DNA from: Phoronis australis
Taxonomy: Eukaryota; Animalia; Phoronida
Direction: 5' to 3'
Length of the DNA: 64,000 nt
Assembly (NCBI GenBank): GCA_002633005.1
Contig: NMRA01000005.1
Span: forward strand, 1,160,101 to 1,224,100
The notes beneath the pieces are model-generated. The model was not told where the DNA came from. It worked only from the letters and a program-made list of their open reading frames with translations, and did not search any database. Below are positions 22,001 to 32,538 of the stretch, piece after piece. Each line of letters begins with the position of its first letter. Position 1 is the first letter of the stretch. Position numbers and translations under genes: made by a program.

Positions 22001-24827
22001 TTTTCAGTCACTCATTTTTGTCATGTTACATGTGCTAATTGGCTATATAAATGAATTAAAACTTTATTTTTGTTAAATGAATAAGGTGCGTTTGTGTGAA
22101 CTGACACATTTTGCAAAACAGTTAGCTTTTGTTTTTCAATAAGTCTGGATGTAAAATATCTCTCAACTATTTGCAGCAAATAAAGTCTTCACACTTGTCA
22201 ACAAAATCTGTGTGTTTGGTTTCATTTTTGGAAACCGAATAATTGAAAACTCATCTTTTATTTTAAAATCGTGTCATCTTATTTCTTCCATAGACTGCTG
22301 AGTATTATCCGGTCAAGCCTGCTCAATCTACAGAAGGCCATTAAAGGTCTTGTGGTCATGTCCACCGACTTAGAGGCTCTCGCGGGTAGTTTACTTCTTG
22401 GTAAACTGCCAGCCATGTGGGCCAAGCGTTCATATCCTTCTCTGAAGCCTCTTGGCAGCTACATCACCGACTTCCTGGAGAGACTGAAGTTGTTGCAGGT
22501 GGGTTTTCATAGTACTAATCTTTAAGTCATACGGTTTTCAAAAACATCTATATTGGTGAGGAGACCGTTGTCAAAGTTTTTAACTTGGCAAGAAGCATTT
22601 AATTTTGTGCAAGCAAACTAAAGATGAAATGGAAAACGTTGATAGGGTTTGGGTTTGGGTAAACTTTTTTTTCTAGTTTAAAGTTGTCCACTTTGGTTGA
22701 TTCTCCTACACGTGGCTTTAAAGTTCCTCTTGTAGTTTCGGTGTTCCATGCCTCTTTTATGATTATAAACAGTCTATGGATGAGAACTGCTGTGTACCGG
22801 TAAACCAAAGTAGCTTTTTTCTTTCGTTGTGGTTCTTAACCATTGTGATCAATTTTAGTCAAATATTCTGTTTTTGTCCATCATTGTCATCTGATTCCTG
22901 ATTAATGAAATTTCTAATTCTTTGTTACTCAGGCACATTCCTATTGATGACCTCTAGGGAGGAGCCTCAGGATTTATAAATATCAACTTTGTTGTTAAAG
23001 CTGTTGTCATTAATTTTTTGTTTCTCCAGGATTGGTATGATGAGGGCAAGCCGGTCGTTTTCTGGGTCTCCGGGTTTTTCTTTACTCAGGCCTTCTTGAC
23101 TGGCGTTTGTCAGAACTACGCTCGCAAATACACCATACCTATTGACAAGCTGTCGTTTGACTTTGAGGTACGTAGCTCCTCCTCCCCTGACCAGCGTGAC
23201 CCATAACTTTGCTGAGGTTGCTTCATAGTCTGTAGTATTAACTTGAAAATCAGACCTTTATCCACCAAATGTGTCCTTCTAAAACAGACTGTTTTGGTCA
23301 CATCTTATAACTTAACTGAGAGCAGAAGATAATTTCTGAAATTTACCTATTTATTTCCCAGTGTTTCTAATGCCACAATGTTTTCTAAAATACCGTCTGA
23401 TTGGAAGTTATGGTACAGAATCTGAAATGACAAGCCATTCATTCGGAAAACGAAAAAAAATTATGTATCACTTGTTGGTGAGACATTGCTGTGAAGATAC
23501 TCGAAGTGCGATATAACCCTAATGTTAAAGTCCATTTTCACTTTTCAATCAACAAAGAACTGACTTTAAAGTCATTGATGAACTTTTAATTGCCCCAGCT
23601 TTTACGAGACCTTGATTCTACAAGGCCTTGAATTAATTACTTAGTTGTGCTTTCAGGTTCTCAAGACACACTCTGAAGAAACTCCGCCAAAAGATGGCGC
23701 CTACATTCATGGCTTGTTCCTAGATGGCGCTAGATGGGATAATGACAAGTAAGTTCTGGCTGCTTTCATGTTCTGAAATTTTAAACGAGGATTAAAATTA
23801 CTAATTTTGACTGGTGAACTGGTTAAGTATTCATTGTGTGATATTGTGTTTAAAAATAGATTTTGTTTCAAGATAAGGCGGGAGGTATTTTTGTTCTGCT
23901 ATTTGTGTCTGCCCATGACTATGATAGTGCATTGTGGGAAATCCACATGAGGTCTTTTATACCTCATACATTGTTTAGTGGTTATAAGTCTAGGCAAGTT
24001 GTACAATACATATCAATGATATTTCGGCTCCGTTCATTTAGTGATGCCAATACTTCACTTGATTAGCGCAAAATGTGATGGACACTTGAATTAATACTTT
24101 GTCAAGTCTCTCAATTGCTAAAATTGTATTCAGACATTAGCTTTTGTCTTACTTTTGACTAACATGATGTTTGCGGAAGTTTCGAAGCTTAGAAGTCAAG
24201 ACAAATCTTAGACTTAAGTAAAAAATGAACAGGCCCTTGGTTTATACTGACTGTGTAGATGTCGTTTAAAAAGTTTTGATTAAAAAGTTTTAATTATCAA
24301 GGTAATGAGCCTTTCAGAACTAGAAAAATGATAATTTTAGTATTTTTTCATTCAGTATAAGTGAAGATTAAAAACTAAGTAAAATGTGTCAAGAGGATAT
24401 CGAGTATGTTAGGATTGTCGGAAATAAGTCATTTCTAAAGTGATTCCAAAAATGAGGAGACTTAGAAATCATCTGTCTTTTCTGTTCATTTTAACAAGGT
24501 GTGTTAAGGTGTTGATTTAAATTTTTTTTAAATTTTCTTTGCAAACTCTCATTTCTGTTTTGCAGAGGTTTCTTGGCAGAGCAGTTTCCCAAGATTCTTT
24601 ATGACGCTATACCGATCATCTGGCTTAAGCCAGACAAAACGGCCAACATCGACTTTTCCGATAAACGATACCGTTGTCCTGTGTACAAGACCAGCGCGAG
24701 AAGGGGAACACTTTCGACCACCGGTCACTCTACGAACTTTGTGCTACCCATACTGATACCCACAGACAAACCAGTCCAGTACTGGATCAAGAGAGGGTGT
24801 GCCCTCCTGTGTCAGACAGACGACTAA
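785..24827 (+). CDS. DNAH12: Axonemal dynein heavy chain, DNAH12-like, 3' portion (AAA4 to C-terminus); multi-exon gene with its 5' part outside the window
   Basis: Spliced translation gives AAA4 P-loop [35 protein letters not shown], a stalk coiled coil and MTBD ([16 protein letters not shown]...AAEGLCKWV), AAA5 [17 protein letters not shown]6 [10 protein letters not shown]...FRLWLTS and C-terminal CPVYKT...GHSTNFV...[11 protein letters not shown]. All exon phases are compatible. [18 protein letters not shown] and [10 protein letters not shown] match DNAH12 better than DNAH3/DNAH7, from recall. Confidence 0.9.
1521..1713 (+). CDS. DNAH12: Dynein heavy chain exon, AAA4 Walker A
   Basis: tgcag / gtgagt; [13 protein letters not shown]...GVGGSGRQS...EWREDIK. 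Confidence 0.95.
2070..2231 (+). CDS. DNAH12: Dynein heavy chain exon, AAA4
   Basis: gacag / gtgagt; [18 protein letters not shown]. Confidence 0.93.
2589..2783 (+). CDS. DNAH12: Dynein heavy chain exon, AAA4
   Basis: ttcag / gtcggt; [35 protein letters not shown]. Confidence 0.93.
3275..3408 (+). CDS. DNAH12: Dynein heavy chain exon (not in ORF track)
   Basis: gtag / gtgagt; [15 protein letters not shown]...ICKLFH. Confidence 0.92.
3730..4282 (+). CDS. DNAH12: Dynein heavy chain exon, stalk CC1 and start of MTBD
   Basis: cgcag / gtaagt; [14 protein letters not shown]...RYEVGLEKL...[11 protein letters not shown]. Confidence 0.95.
4420..4650 (+). CDS. DNAH12: Dynein heavy chain exon, microtubule-binding domain
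   Basis: ccag / gtaaat; [12 protein letters not shown]...[22 protein letters not shown]. Confidence 0.95.
5096..5266 (+). CDS. DNAH12: Dynein heavy chain exon, stalk CC2; ends at a GC donor
   Basis: ttag acceptor; [13 protein letters not shown]...KKENLEFQ followed by CAG|gcatgg. Confidence 0.88.
5376..5674. mobile_element. Foldback/MITE-like element with perfect 78-bp inverted arms
   Basis: 5376-5453 is the exact reverse complement of 5597-5674; TA at both outer ends; an N at 5454. Confidence 0.6.
5737..5955 (+). CDS. DNAH12: Dynein heavy chain exon
   Basis: gtag / gtgagt; [25 protein letters not shown]...[16 protein letters not shown]. Confidence 0.95.
6232..6377 (+). CDS. DNAH12: Dynein heavy chain exon, start of AAA5 (not in ORF track)
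   Basis: ctag / gtgagt; [28 protein letters not shown]. Confidence 0.93.
6995..7209 (+). CDS. DNAH12: Dynein heavy chain exon, AAA5
   Basis: ttag / gtaggt; [16 protein letters not shown]...[17 protein letters not shown]. Confidence 0.94.
8215..8780. mobile_element. Old foldback element with long degenerate inverted arms
   Basis: ccaccagatggcagaactgactgagattc pairs with gaatttcagtgcatctcagtgctgccatctgtgg; inner ctcgtgagatcacctgctcc pairs with ggagcatctgagatctctcacga. Boundaries approximate. Confidence 0.45.
8855..9017. repeat. Degenerate inverted repeat with two CACGTG cores
   Basis: tcacgtgacacagtg / cattgcgtcacgtga, with patchy pairing extending outward. Confidence 0.45.
11471..11764. mobile_element. 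MITE-like foldback element with about 52-bp inverted arms
   Basis: 11471-11522 versus the reverse complement of 11713-11764: 2 mismatches. Confidence 0.7.
12200..12392 (+). CDS. DNAH12: Dynein heavy chain exon, AAA5
   Basis: ccag / gtaagg; [15 protein letters not shown]...[18 protein letters not shown]. Confidence 0.95.
13142..13507 (+). CDS. DNAH12: Dynein heavy chain exon, buttress/strut and AAA5 small domain
   Basis: ttag / gtaggt; [11 protein letters not shown]...LKEIEDKIL...SEGNILEDE...[11 protein letters not shown]. Confidence 0.95.
14229..14369 (+). CDS. DNAH12: Dynein exon variant A (candidate mutually exclusive exon)
   Basis: acag / gtaagt, 141 nt, phase 2-2; [48 protein letters not shown]. 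Confidence 0.9.
15357..15497 (+). CDS. DNAH12: Dynein exon variant B (candidate mutually exclusive exon; not in ORF track)
   Basis: ctag / gtaagt, 141 nt, phase 2-2, no stop codons; [48 protein letters not shown]. Confidence 0.85.
16725..17232 (+). CDS. DNAH12: Dynein exon interrupted at 16746-16946 by an N plus a tandem repeat
   Basis: tcag / gtgtgt; removing 16746-16946 restores [22 protein letters not shown]...[10 protein letters not shown]...LRCIRPDK, 307 nt, with correct phases. Confidence 0.85.
16747..16946 (+). repeat. Four tandem copies of a 50-bp unit copied from 12368-12417
   Basis: tgggaattgtggtcgctaaggagaagtaaggcattcttaacctgggtcat repeated four times directly after the N at 16746; copies 3 and 4 each differ by one base. 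Confidence 0.95.
17365..17424. repeat. 15-bp tandem repeat, 4 copies
   Basis: caaggggtggaa(c/t)ac unit. Confidence 0.9.
17840..18064 (+). CDS. DNAH12: Dynein heavy chain exon, AAA6
   Basis: atag / gtgagc; FVEPPPFDL...[12 protein letters not shown]...ISLGQGQ. Confidence 0.95.
18401..18721 (+). CDS. DNAH12: Dynein heavy chain exon, AAA6
   Basis: ttag / gtatgt; GPIAAKMI...[10 protein letters not shown]...[10 protein letters not shown]...[11 protein letters not shown]. Confidence 0.95.
18882..18944. repeat. 21-bp tandem repeat, 3 copies
   Basis: (t/c)ttgtgttctgtagctctaca unit. Confidence 0.9.
19213..19350 (+). CDS. DNAH12: Dynein heavy chain exon
   Basis: tcag / gtgtgt; [33 protein letters not shown]. 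Confidence 0.95.
19695..19928 (+). CDS. DNAH12: Dynein heavy chain exon
   Basis: acag / gtaagt; [19 protein letters not shown]. Confidence 0.95.
20115..20367. mobile_element. MITE-like foldback element with about 70-bp imperfect inverted arms
   Basis: ttgtcagcattgtgtatttacata...cttcaccattctca versus tgagaatggtgaag...tatgtaaatacacattgctgacaa. Confidence 0.65.
20847..21032 (+). CDS. DNAH12: Dynein heavy chain exon, C-terminal domain
   Basis: tcag / gtaaga; [18 protein letters not shown]. Confidence 0.92.
21618..21721 (+). CDS. DNAH12: Dynein heavy chain exon
   Basis: acag / gtgcgt; [22 protein letters not shown]. Confidence 0.93.
22294..22498 (+). CDS. DNAH12: Dynein heavy chain exon
   Basis: atag / gtgggt; AIKGLVVMS...[15 protein letters not shown]. 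Confidence 0.94.
23030..23167 (+). CDS. DNAH12: Dynein heavy chain exon
   Basis: ccag / gtacgt; [29 protein letters not shown]. Confidence 0.95.
23657..23748 (+). CDS. DNAH12: Dynein heavy chain exon (not in ORF track)
   Basis: tcag / gtaagt; [19 protein letters not shown]. Confidence 0.94.
24566..24827 (+). CDS. DNAH12: Dynein heavy chain terminal coding exon
   Basis: gcag acceptor; [25 protein letters not shown]...[14 protein letters not shown] then TAA. Confidence 0.96.
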
Positions 24828-25022
24828 TTGGAAGTTTTTAAAGTTGAAGATAAGAATGAAGTAGATTTATGAAAAACTGGTACTGCACTTTGGACACGAA
24901 ATAAATTTTGGTTATTTGAATTATTAGAATTTTTCATCTAATGTATGACGTATTCGGAAATGATTGTACCAGTTTTTCTCTGTTTTCTGAGGATATGTCG
25001 CTATGTGGACGACTTTTCTTCA

Positions 25023-26234
25023 TAGAAACAAAACCATGAGAGACATTCTTTATATTTACAATATCATAAGTGTGTGTGTTGTAACCACACATGTATTGCA
25101 GACATTTGTTGAGGATTACTGCTAATGTTTAATGTGTTGTTGTCATAGGTTTGTACCACACTGCACTAGAACATTCCTTCTTCCGTTGGCTTCACTGTGT
25201 GTGGTATTTTTACTTGTAAATAATAGAACGTTATTTTGATTGTAAATATTTTATAAACATAAAATAGCCTCTTTACCTCAGCTGCATGTTGCAATGGGCT
25301 TCAGTTTTTGAGTCCATCTTTATTTACTTAGTTTTTGAAGAGCATATTGTATACAAACCTTGATTCTTTACTTTTGCGTTAACATTCCATAGAATCGCAA
25401 ACTTTTTTAAGTCTGGTCAGCATGCCACCTGTTGGCCAAAAATATTTATTGGTACAGTTATAGATGTCTAAGGTGTATTTTTAAAGAGCAAGATCAGATA
25501 TTTCAATGAAATGTTTTCATTTAGCTATTCCGTCCCAGCCTGTGTGATCAGTGAGTGTTCTTTGTAAATATATCAATTTTTACTAGTTTTATTTTACCTT
25601 GAGTTATAACTGTGATGAGTCTTGAATAAAANTAGAAACAAAACCATGAGAGACATTCTTTATATTTACAATATCATAAGTGTGTGTGTTGTAACCACAC
25701 ATGTATTGCAGACATTTGTTGAGGATTACTGCTAATGTTTAATGTGTTGTTGTCATAGGTTTGTACCACACTGCACTAGAACATTCCTTCTTCCGTTGGC
25801 TTCACTGTGTGTGGTATTTTTACTTGTAAATAATAGAACGTTATTTTGATTGTAAATATTTTATAAACATAAAATAGCCTCTTTACCTCAGCTGCATGTT
25901 GCAATGGGCTTCAGTTTTTGAGTCCATCTTTATTTACTTAGTTTTTGAAGAGCATATTGTATACAAACCTTTACTTTTGCGTTAACATTCCATAGAATCG
26001 CAAACGTTTTTAAGTCTGGTCAGCATGCCACCTGTTGGCTAAAAATATTTATTGGTACAGGTATAGATGTCTAAGGTGTATTTTTAAAGAGCAAGATCAG
26101 ATATTTCAATGAAATGTTTTCATTTAGCTATTCCGTCCCAGCCCGTGTGATCAGTGAGTGTTCTTTGTAAATATATCAATTTTTACTAGTTTTATTTTAC
26201 CTTGAGTTATAACTGTGATGAGTCTTGAATAAAA
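25023..26234. repeat. Tandem duplication of about 600 bp of the dynein 3' UTR across an N (probable haplotype artefact)
   Basis: 25023-25631 recurs at 25633-26234 with a few SNPs and one short indel; N at 25632. Confidence 0.85.
25625..25630 (+). other. Candidate polyadenylation signal of the dynein gene (copy at 26228-26233; proximal AATAAA at 24900-24905)
   Basis: AATAAA about 800 nt after the stop codon; the 26228 copy is followed by a GT-rich tract. Confidence 0.5.
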
Positions 26235-26278
26235 CAGATTATTTATGTAAGTGTGGTGTCTTCATTACATTTTGTGTT

Positions 26279-26438
26279 CTGGGGCGGATTCAGGATTTTG
26301 AGTTAGGCTGGGCCTGGGCAGAGTATTTGCCAGGATTTTGCCGGTCAGACATTTGCACCCCCTAACTTCCAAATGGACTCTGGGAGAATTTTAGGGAGAC
26401 CATGGCCCCTTGCTCCCCCCCCCTTAAATCTGCCACTG
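26279..26438 (+). mobile_element. Short non-autonomous DNA element (MITE)
   Basis: Imperfect TIR CTGGGGCGGATTCA...TAAATCTGCCACTG; GTGTT directly flanks both sides; second copy at 334. Confidence 0.65.
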
Positions 26439-27292
26439 GTGTTTACATAACCCATAAAATTCAAATTACAAATTAAGTTACAATAAAATCTCACTAATTT
26501 CTGACAAAAATAATTTCCAAAAATGATCCTTTTTTATTTTCAAGGGCTTCTAAGGGTTTGAATGCTGAAAATTTTTTCAAAACTTATAGTAACTGTAGAA
26601 CAGATTTTGAAGAAGGAATATCATATTTCTCAGGGCTTGGAATTTTCCTCTTTTAAGGGGATTTCATCTTTTTTTGTTTCAATTTCCTCTTATTTGATTT
26701 CCAGTTTTCTTTTTGCTCTCTTTTATCGTTTTTTTTTCTGTTAAATTTCACTACACAAAAATATTTCTGTCATACAAGCCCATTTATTTGTGGAACGATG
26801 CATCACCTAGAAAATTTTCCTCTTTTTTGTCATTGGTCATTACAAACCCTGTTTTGTGCTGCATGTTTTAGAAAAAAATAGAAAATAATTTTGATTTCTG
26901 CTATATTGGGCCAAAGCTGATAAGGTTTTACCCAACTCAATCACATAAATCTCCCTCAAACATTTCTATACCATGACAGTAAATTATTCAGGGCTCAAAC
27001 TGACTGTTTAGGCACTGGCAAGCAAAAAATAAAATCAAAATGCTAGATCGAACTACTTGATATCAGTCGCCATTTTGATAGTACAAACCATTTGCTTTCA
27101 TGGGAATGAAATTTTTTGGACCAGTGTTTTAGAGTAAATCGCTTATTTCAAGATTCGAGTAGGGTGTTAGCAAGGAAGAAATGCTTTTTAACATAGAGTA
27201 CATGTAGGATTTTTCTTTGCAGCTTTGTAATGATAACTATAAACTGAATTAAAATCAAATTTGGCATTTTAAATGCCAGTTAGTGCATGTTT

Positions 27293-27464
27293 GGTGTACG
27301 TGCTAGGTACTACGGTGTACGTGCTAGATACTACGGTGTACGTGCTAGGTACTACGATGTACGTGCTGGGTACTACGGTGTACGTGCTAGGTACTACGAT
27401 GTACGTGCTGGGTACTACGATGTACGTGCTGGGTACTACGGTGTACGTGCTAGGTACTACGGTG
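27293..27464. repeat. 21-bp minisatellite, 8 copies
   Basis: g(g/a)tgtacgtgct(a/g)ggtactac unit. Confidence 0.95.
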
Positions 27465-27578
27465 GTTAATTAATATTTCTTTACTCGTACCTTTCTTCAT
27501 TTGATTGTCTGTATAATTCATTTTTTTCGATAATTTGGTAGAAATTTGTCCTGGTTTCAAAGTGTAGCTTGTCGTTAA

Positions 27579-28551
27579 GGGGTGAATATTCACAGCTCGT
27601 TTTTAAAAATACAGTATTCCGAAAATGTTTCAACTACTACAGAATTTGCTCACTGTTTCACGTGTTTCACAATATTTTAAAAAGATTTTATCATTTAAAA
27701 GTGTCATTCCACGAGAACGTCGATCAAAAGTGCTGCGTGGTGGGCAGATTTGGACCAAATTTGACACCTATGTACCTTATTGGAAGACGTAAGAACAGTT
27801 TTAAAATTTTCCTTGAAGCCATGATTTTGTCATTTTTACAGGAGATTTCCGCAAACATCCCCAGATGCACGCCCATGTGCCGATTTAAATTCTAAAGATC
27901 CGAGTGTAGGTATATAGGCTTACCCATAGAGCAACAGTTTTTATTCCTCAGGGTCTGTACTGCCTCCCAAAATAATGTCAGCTAGTGTCAGCAAATCAAG
28001 TCTTTATTCAACTTTTTAATTGCCCGCCGTCATCTAAGTTGTTTTGGGTGCCTGCACTTAACCCTAGTGTCGTTTTGGGGAATATACTTACAACTGGCTA
28101 AATACCCATCGCAGCCTATCACAACCTAATTAATTTGTGTTTTCCGTTAATTGTGTATTTCTGGTTTTACGTTTAAAATGTACCAGAGAGGTAGAAAATG
28201 TGACGTTTTCTGAGCACACACCGTCAAACTTACTATAAGAAATAACATTTTCTATAGCCACCACAAATTTTAACTTTAACAATTACTTTACCGTTTTCTA
28301 ATTCGCCCTGCGAATCCAACCTAAAAATAAAAAAAAAACAAAAAATAATAAAAGTCTCCGATTTTCATAAAACAGGTGGTCATAACATTTTAATCTCTGT
28401 TTCAAATCAATCACATTGTCGCTCATGTCCCTTACACTGTGATGCCATTTTCTCTTTCGCCTTGGAGTCCGTATCGAACTAGATCTGTCGAAACAATGAG
28501 AAAACTATCCTCCGTTGGAATAATTTAACCTGAGAAAAAAATATTTAGCCC
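27579..28551. mobile_element. Non-autonomous DNA transposon with TTAA target duplication (Kolobok-like ends)
   Basis: TTAA|GGGGTGAATATT...AATATTTAGCCC|TTAA; purine-starting TIRs plus TTAA fit Kolobok rather than piggyBac. Confidence 0.5.
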
Positions 28552-30121
28552 TTAACTAACATAAATAAGAGTGTATGCAACCTTCCGTAAGAGGAATGTA
28601 ACCAAAGACGCTAACGGTCTCTGATGTAACCGTAAAATCTGTCAACGAGACAGCTGACGCATTTTTGATAGAAAGTAGTTTTTGTAAAATTTAAAATAAC
28701 GTAAAATTTTAAAAATATGGGGTAGAGAAGTCAAGTGCTGTGACGGGTATAATCCTATTTTTTGCCGTGGAGTTCCAGAGACCTTCTTGTGTCTCATCTT
28801 CACACTGTGTTTCGTAAATAAAATGTGGTTGTTCAAACTTGGTGCAAAAATTCTTTACATTAAATTCTAGGAAACGCGTGCTAATTTCAAGGCCCGGAGT
28901 TTCTTCCTCTTTTACTCAAAATAGAATTCGAAATTACTGCTGGCCTTTTCGATTCTACTATTTTTCAAATTCAAGATAAGCATCATTCTATTATTCTATG
29001 CTCGAGTACACAAGGACTTATTTTCGTAACTTTATAATCCCAGCTTGCACTCGATGACCCCAGCATTAAGGCTGAAATTTCCAGTCTATTTCGAGTTTTT
29101 ACTCGAGTTTGTGGCACAAATATAAGGTCATCTAGTGCAAACTTGGACTCAAAACTCAAATACATAATTTACCCAACCACAGACCCGTATTAGCCACTCA
29201 TCATAGAACAATGAGAAGAAACGAGAAAACAATTACCGAGTTTGATTTCGAGAGACTAGACCCGGCTCAGGTGTGCACGTATGATAGCTTGCACATTGTT
29301 TTCTCATACACTGCACTTCACTGGTGAAATTAGGGTCTCAAGTGTGGGAAATCAATTTCTAAGGTTTTTTTTCACTAAAACACAAAGTAAGCACCACCTA
29401 TGCAACAGTGGTAGTAGTGCCATGGACATTCGTCATCGTGATGAGGCTTGATAGATTAATTCATGCAACTGCAATGAGAGATGAAGTGATGCAAATTGTT
29501 GAAAATGAAAGTATCAAAGTATTTTTTGTTCCAATTGGTGATCGAATCACCAGAGAATTTTCTAAAGCGGCGTTTCTGGTGGAACGCGGGCCCTCAAAGT
29601 CGTGGCTTCACGTCGGCCTCAGCGACATCTAATCTTGTTTTTGTGTCATGCTGTCTTCATCTGAGCCAATATTGAGGAATTTAACTTTTAGGTTTTATTG
29701 AACAAAGCACGTGGCGCGCCACCGAAAAAAAATCACGGAGTTCAAAAGTCTTCAAGGGTGCGCCGTGCGTGTACTGTTGGGCGCGCACCGCGACACCGTC
29801 ACCAGGTGATGAAGATTCTACATGTATGTGAAAACTTTGAATTTTGTTGTTCTTTTCTCAATGAAGTTTCAGGCAGTTCCAACGTCACTTAAAATTTTAT
29901 GACTCTGTACAATTATTCATTTATGAAAATGAATAATCTGTTGAAATCTAATACACTGCTACTCGGCATACTCCTTAGTCGCTCACCGAATTCCTAGCTA
30001 GGCCAAAAATATAACTAGATGTTTGTTCAGGTTTGTTATCGATCAGTATAATCAAGATTAGATTACACAAGTGTATTGCTAAAAGTTTAATATTTTTTAT
30101 TGTCTGCAACATACACCACTA

Positions 30122-30195
30122 GTCGTCATGGTAACGTTAATCAACCTTGTCAGTCAAAGCTTCAGAGTGAGACTGGCCGCCATCTTGTGACGTCA
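30122..30195 (+). promoter_or_regulatory. Proximal promoter motif cluster of the CaMKI-like gene: X-box, YY1 site, CRE
   Basis: GTCGTCATGGTAAC (30122-30135, RFX X-box pattern), GCCGCCATCTT (30176-30186, YY1) and TGACGTCA (30188-30195, full CRE), 90-160 nt upstream of the ATG in a CpG-enriched region. Confidence 0.55.
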
Positions 30196-30284
30196 TCTCA
30201 CCCAGTTTCAGCAAATGTGCAGCCTAAGGTGGACGTAGTTCTTCGGTCTCTGGTCATATTTTACCAAAATCCTAGCTTTACAAA

Positions 30285-30373
30285 ATGCCTCTGTTTGGTA
30301 AAAAGAAGCCGGAACCAGAGAAGAACAACGATATTCGGTCCAAATACGAACTGAGTGACAAAGTTCTCGGAAC
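30285..30373 (+). CDS. CAMK1: First coding exon of a Ca2+/calmodulin-dependent protein kinase I-like gene
   Basis: caaaATG start context; MPLFGKKKPEPEKNNDIRSKYELSDKVLG(T), ending GGA AC|gtgagt in phase 2 at the start of the glycine-rich loop. An MPLF(G) N-terminus and Y...LGT match invertebrate CaMKI (Drosophila CaMKI, C. elegans CMK-1) as recalled. Confidence 0.8.
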
Positions 30374-32411
30374 GTGAGTTTTTCATTCACCTTTTCCGCG
30401 ATATGCATGTGTTTACTGTCAGCGTGTTGTCTTGAATCGACTGACGACAGGGATTTCACGGTTGAATGAATGCTTGAACGATATTTAAACGTGGCTCATT
30501 TTTTATGTCCTTGTTACTTTCGTCTCAGGAAAGTGATGAAATTACTAACAGGGTGCCGTTGCTCGTTCAGACAAAGATTGCGCGACTTCAATTCAATATC
30601 CCCATCCTAAATATGGACAAAATAGCTGGTCGGACCTCGTTATTTAGGCTCGTAATGTTTGGCTTTTGAGGCCTACACACGACTATCTTCAGAGGCAAAG
30701 ATGAATATGTCAGGGTATCTGACCTTTATTCATTGCTCCTTTGGTGTTTTGATAGGTGTGTAACAATGATAAGTTAACAGTGTGGATAACCAGGCTATAT
30801 AATGCCTTTTATAATGCCTTTTATAATGGAGTATATAATGGAGTAAAATTGTAATATCACATTTTTAAGTGTATGGCCTACTTGGGTTATATCCGTCCAT
30901 TAAAAACACTTTAGGCCTAAGTTCTGGCCATTTGCTATTGGTCATATGCTTCAATTGTAAGCAACATGTCAAGTAATCACATACATACAAGTCAATGTCT
31001 ATATGTTGCAGAGAATTGCTCAGCGTAAGGCCGTAAGAGTGCTGACATTTTCATCACATTTTCACGTTATTTTGTAATTCCATATAAACTTGGTGGCATT
31101 ACTAAAAGTGACAAAACATGTTTTCATAGGCTTTTGTATGGTGTCATCTTAGAAAAAATGACGAAGTGACCAAAATTTTAGTAGTGACAGCAGACTCACT
31201 TGGCTTTTGAACACGAAAGTATTAGTACCCACCATCGACACCCCACAACTCAACGTTTATGAAAGTCGTTGCGATTTCCTGACACGTAGTAATCTAAGTA
31301 AATCAAATGTGGGAATTTTCAGTAACAGTTGTTCTTCAAATTTGCGAATTTGTCAAAAATGGAAACTTCCCTGTGCTTTTTCAACTTCACGCTCAAAGAA
31401 GCGAGATTTCGCACACATGCGACTGAGTTTTAAAACAAGATGCTTCACACACTGCACAAGCTATTTGCATGTGAGACTTGAACAGAAATACAGAATTCAG
31501 TGGACAGTTAATAGGTAAGACTGTTAAACGCTTGTTTATTCTACAAAAATCGTAAAGGTGTCTATCGTGGGTACATTGATGCTGAAATCTGTATAAGCCC
31601 ATCTTCTTTCTCAAAGACCAACTGTTGATTTAGACCACATCCTTTAGAGGTGATTATCAGGGCTTTAAAAAAAATGAAAATTCGTTATTGCGTGAAACTA
31701 AGCACTACTGACATGTTGCAGTGTGTCATTCTATGTGCCGAGCATGGTGCCTAGGAAAAACGAACTGTGAGTTGTTTGAAAGCTCAGAAATCACGTCTTG
31801 TCTGAGTTAAGAACAAGTTCAGATCAATTTTATTTCGGTAATTGGGTTAAATCGGACGTTTCCTTCCTGGATGGAATGTAGGTTCACGGCCTCTTCAAGA
31901 AACATAATGAGAAACTCGCTTTTAACAACACCATCCTATGTGGAGAGGAGTTGGTTTTATAAAACTCAGTATAACTGGCTGAGTCTGGAATAGTCCCAAG
32001 TCGTTCAGATATTTCAATTACTTATACTAATTAACGAGTCAAGGCAATTCCCAACCAGGTACCTGTATAGAGCGAGTCAAGTACCGGAATGATAACAACT
32101 GCCAATCATGTAAAAATTTGAGCTCACATGCAACCAGGCACTTTTACAGGTGTGTCTGCGATGATTAGCAACTTTTTGAGCTTTTACAAAATGAAGCATT
32201 ATGAGGATTACTGTGTTGGGTTTACTTTCTAGATTCTCAGTTGTACTCGGTATAATTGTCAGTTCATCTACCCATATGTATCCCTACCCGCAGAACTTCA
32301 CTGTGTCTTAAAAGTTCTAGGTCTTCTTGTGATCCTTGGAATGTGAGTACTAGGCACAAAGGTGTATAAAACTAATGACTTTTATTCGTAGTTTAAGTGA
32401 TAAATCAAACT

Positions 32412-32538
32412 GTGGAATAAAAGGGTCCCTCTTCTAAATGGCTGCTGGGAACCAGTTTCACTGAATAACGGACATTGTCGTAATTCAGTGAAAGCTGGTT
32501 CTCGGTAGCCGTTTTGAAAAGAGACCAATTTATTCCAC
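32412..32538. repeat. 127-bp imperfect palindrome/hairpin
   Basis: gtggaataaa...gggaaccagtttcactgaat / attcagtgaaagctggttctc...tttattccac with a very short loop. Confidence 0.8.

Noticed and set aside
25023-26234. Duplicated 3' UTR giving tandem polyA sites
   Set aside because: The copies abut an N and differ only by allele-level SNPs and one indel, typical of uncollapsed haplotypes.
27273-27473. Repetitive ORFs (VYVLGTT)n and (GVRARYY)n
   Set aside because: Products of a 21-bp minisatellite without stop codons; no gene structure.
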